NCBI GenBank assembly: GCA_035084275.1
Contig: CM068748.1
Location: forward strand, 3,100,001 to 3,164,000
DNA from: Hydrolagus colliei
Lineage: Eukaryota
DNA length: 64,000 nucleotides
Direction: 5' to 3'
Under the pieces are notes generated by a model. The model saw nothing but the letters and a program-made list of their open reading frames with translations, had not been told where the DNA came from and made no database searches. Shown one piece after another: positions 62,518 to 64,000 of the stretch. Both the position numbers and the translations under genes were made by a program. Position 1 is the first letter of the stretch. The number at the start of each line of letters is the position of its first letter.

Positions 62518-62586
62518 TTACAGATGAGATGCTAAACCGATGTCCTATCTGTCTGTTCAGGTGGATGTTAAAAATCCCATGACACC
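62518..62586 (+). mobile_element. Isolated Deu-domain core
   Basis: cagatgagatgctaaaccgatgtcctatctgtctgttcaggtggatgttaaaaatcccatgacac. Confidence 0.7.
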
Positions 62587-63595
62587 TTCAGACTTTAGCC
62601 CGTCAGGTTTTATTTTTATGTTAAGTAAAACCAAGTATTGAAGCGGATTATACGCTGAGAATCTCTCACCAACAACAACTTCGCAAGCATGAAAGACTGA
62701 CAGTTGAAAAACGTAACGTGACGATAGGTTTCTGTGAAAGATTGCCTTAATCTCTCCAGTGCTGATTAGACATTCTGTTTATGCTGAAAGCACGTGACTC
62801 TTGGCAAAAGCTTAAGCACATCTTTAGCTGAATTATGGAACACTTACCTTATGCTACTGACCGTCAAGTGTTATCTCTCAAGCGACTGTGTGCAAGTTTG
62901 GGGAATCTTTATTCAGGGTGAAAGTAGCGAATCACACCAATAGAACAGAAAAACCTTTTCTGAAATATGACTGCACATCTTGAGTCATTGTTGTAAAGGA
63001 CACAGGATTGTATCTGTGCTGTTTTCATTGAACTCCAAGGATACAAATTTCAGCGCAACTAACAACAACAATATCTTGCATTTACATAGTGCCCTTCATG
63101 TGTGTCTGCATTAAGTTGTGTCTGGTATAGGTAAACTACAGTACTACAGTACAGCTTAGGTTTCTGCTATCAATTGGGGGCAGAATATACCGCAGCAGCT
63201 TAACCTGGCAGGATCTAATTGCAAGGTTTTAATTTGTATATCTGATCCAAGACTCAGAACAAAAATACATTTAAATGTTAGATGCAATATTTTGAATCTA
63301 GATTAGAGGGTTTTCTGCTGCTTCTTGGAGCCAGAGGTAAGAAAGATTGTGGGTGACTGTTTTAGGACTTGCAAAAGATGGCTTGTATCTGGAAATAAAT
63401 CTGCATATGAGAGATTGAAAAAAAAACCTTGCAAGATTGGCAGGTGCATTAAAATAAAACACCTGGGAGACAGTTATAGGTGGTAAAAGTAAAGTAAAGA
63501 GCAGAGAAAAGCCAAGGTTTGAGCAGGGAGCAGGTGATATCAAGGATCCAAGAAGATGTAATAATAACACCAACGCAAAAAAATTGTCAGAGGAA

Positions 63596-63662
63596 ATAAT
63601 TATAATCTTTGCATTTGAAATAGCGCCTTATCACGTCCTCGAGACATCTCAAAGTGTTTCAT
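63596..63662 (-). mobile_element. Young SINE tail
   Basis: ctttgcatttgaaatagcgccttatcacgtcctcgagacatctcaaagtg. Confidence 0.8.
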
Positions 63663-63931
63663 GGAGAGAAAAATCAAGCTAAAAGCTACCATTAAAGGTA
63701 ACCAAAAGAGAAACTTGCATAAAGTAGAAGTATGGGATCGAATACCATAAAGGCAAGTACCGAGAGAAGAGATCAAAGCTGGAAAAAAATGAAAGCATCC
63801 GAGTTGCAAACTTCAAGCAAGGAGAGAGAAACAAGAGAGAAAAACAAATACTGGAGAAAGTGAACTCTTTCAAGCGAGATGGTACTATATATAGTCTATG
63901 CTATAGTTCAAGACACTCCCCAGGGTGCAGT

Positions 63932-64000
63932 TATAATAATAATCCTTGCATTTGATAGAGCATCTTCGAGGCATCTCAAAGCGTTTCACAGAATATACTG
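63932..64000 (-). mobile_element. Young SINE tail running off the window end
   Basis: (TAA)n ccttgcatttgatag..tctcaaagcgtttcacagaatatactg. Confidence 0.85.

Overview
Repeat-rich, AT-rich vertebrate non-coding DNA (a large intron or an intergenic region). I found no recognisable host protein-coding gene, RNA gene or prokaryotic feature. Almost all listed ORFs are chance frames or antisense/off-frame reads of retroelements. The repeat set is typical of a cartilaginous fish, most plausibly a holocephalan such as Callorhinchus (inference). It comprises about 30 copies of a young tRNA-headed SINE with an L2-type 3' tail ending (TTA)n, about 20 5'-truncated L2-clade LINE ends of two tail types ending (TTG)n, several CR1 3' ends, older Deu-domain SINEs, and a second ancient tRNA-SINE family. 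The most interesting items are: (1) a ~180-bp fold-back element at 43854-44036 carrying a hammerhead-ribozyme core, probably a Penelope-like terminus; (2) a head-to-head CR1 pair with matching truncation points at 27212-27543; (3) covarying stem-loops shared by three retro-tail families; (4) a candidate 108-nt exon whose donor is locked in a hairpin and which may instead be an RT relic; (5) some enhancer-like motif clusters. I do not see convincing evidence of a wholly new biological system. Element boundaries were read by eye and are approximate, and family assignments rest on recalled consensus features, not database searches.
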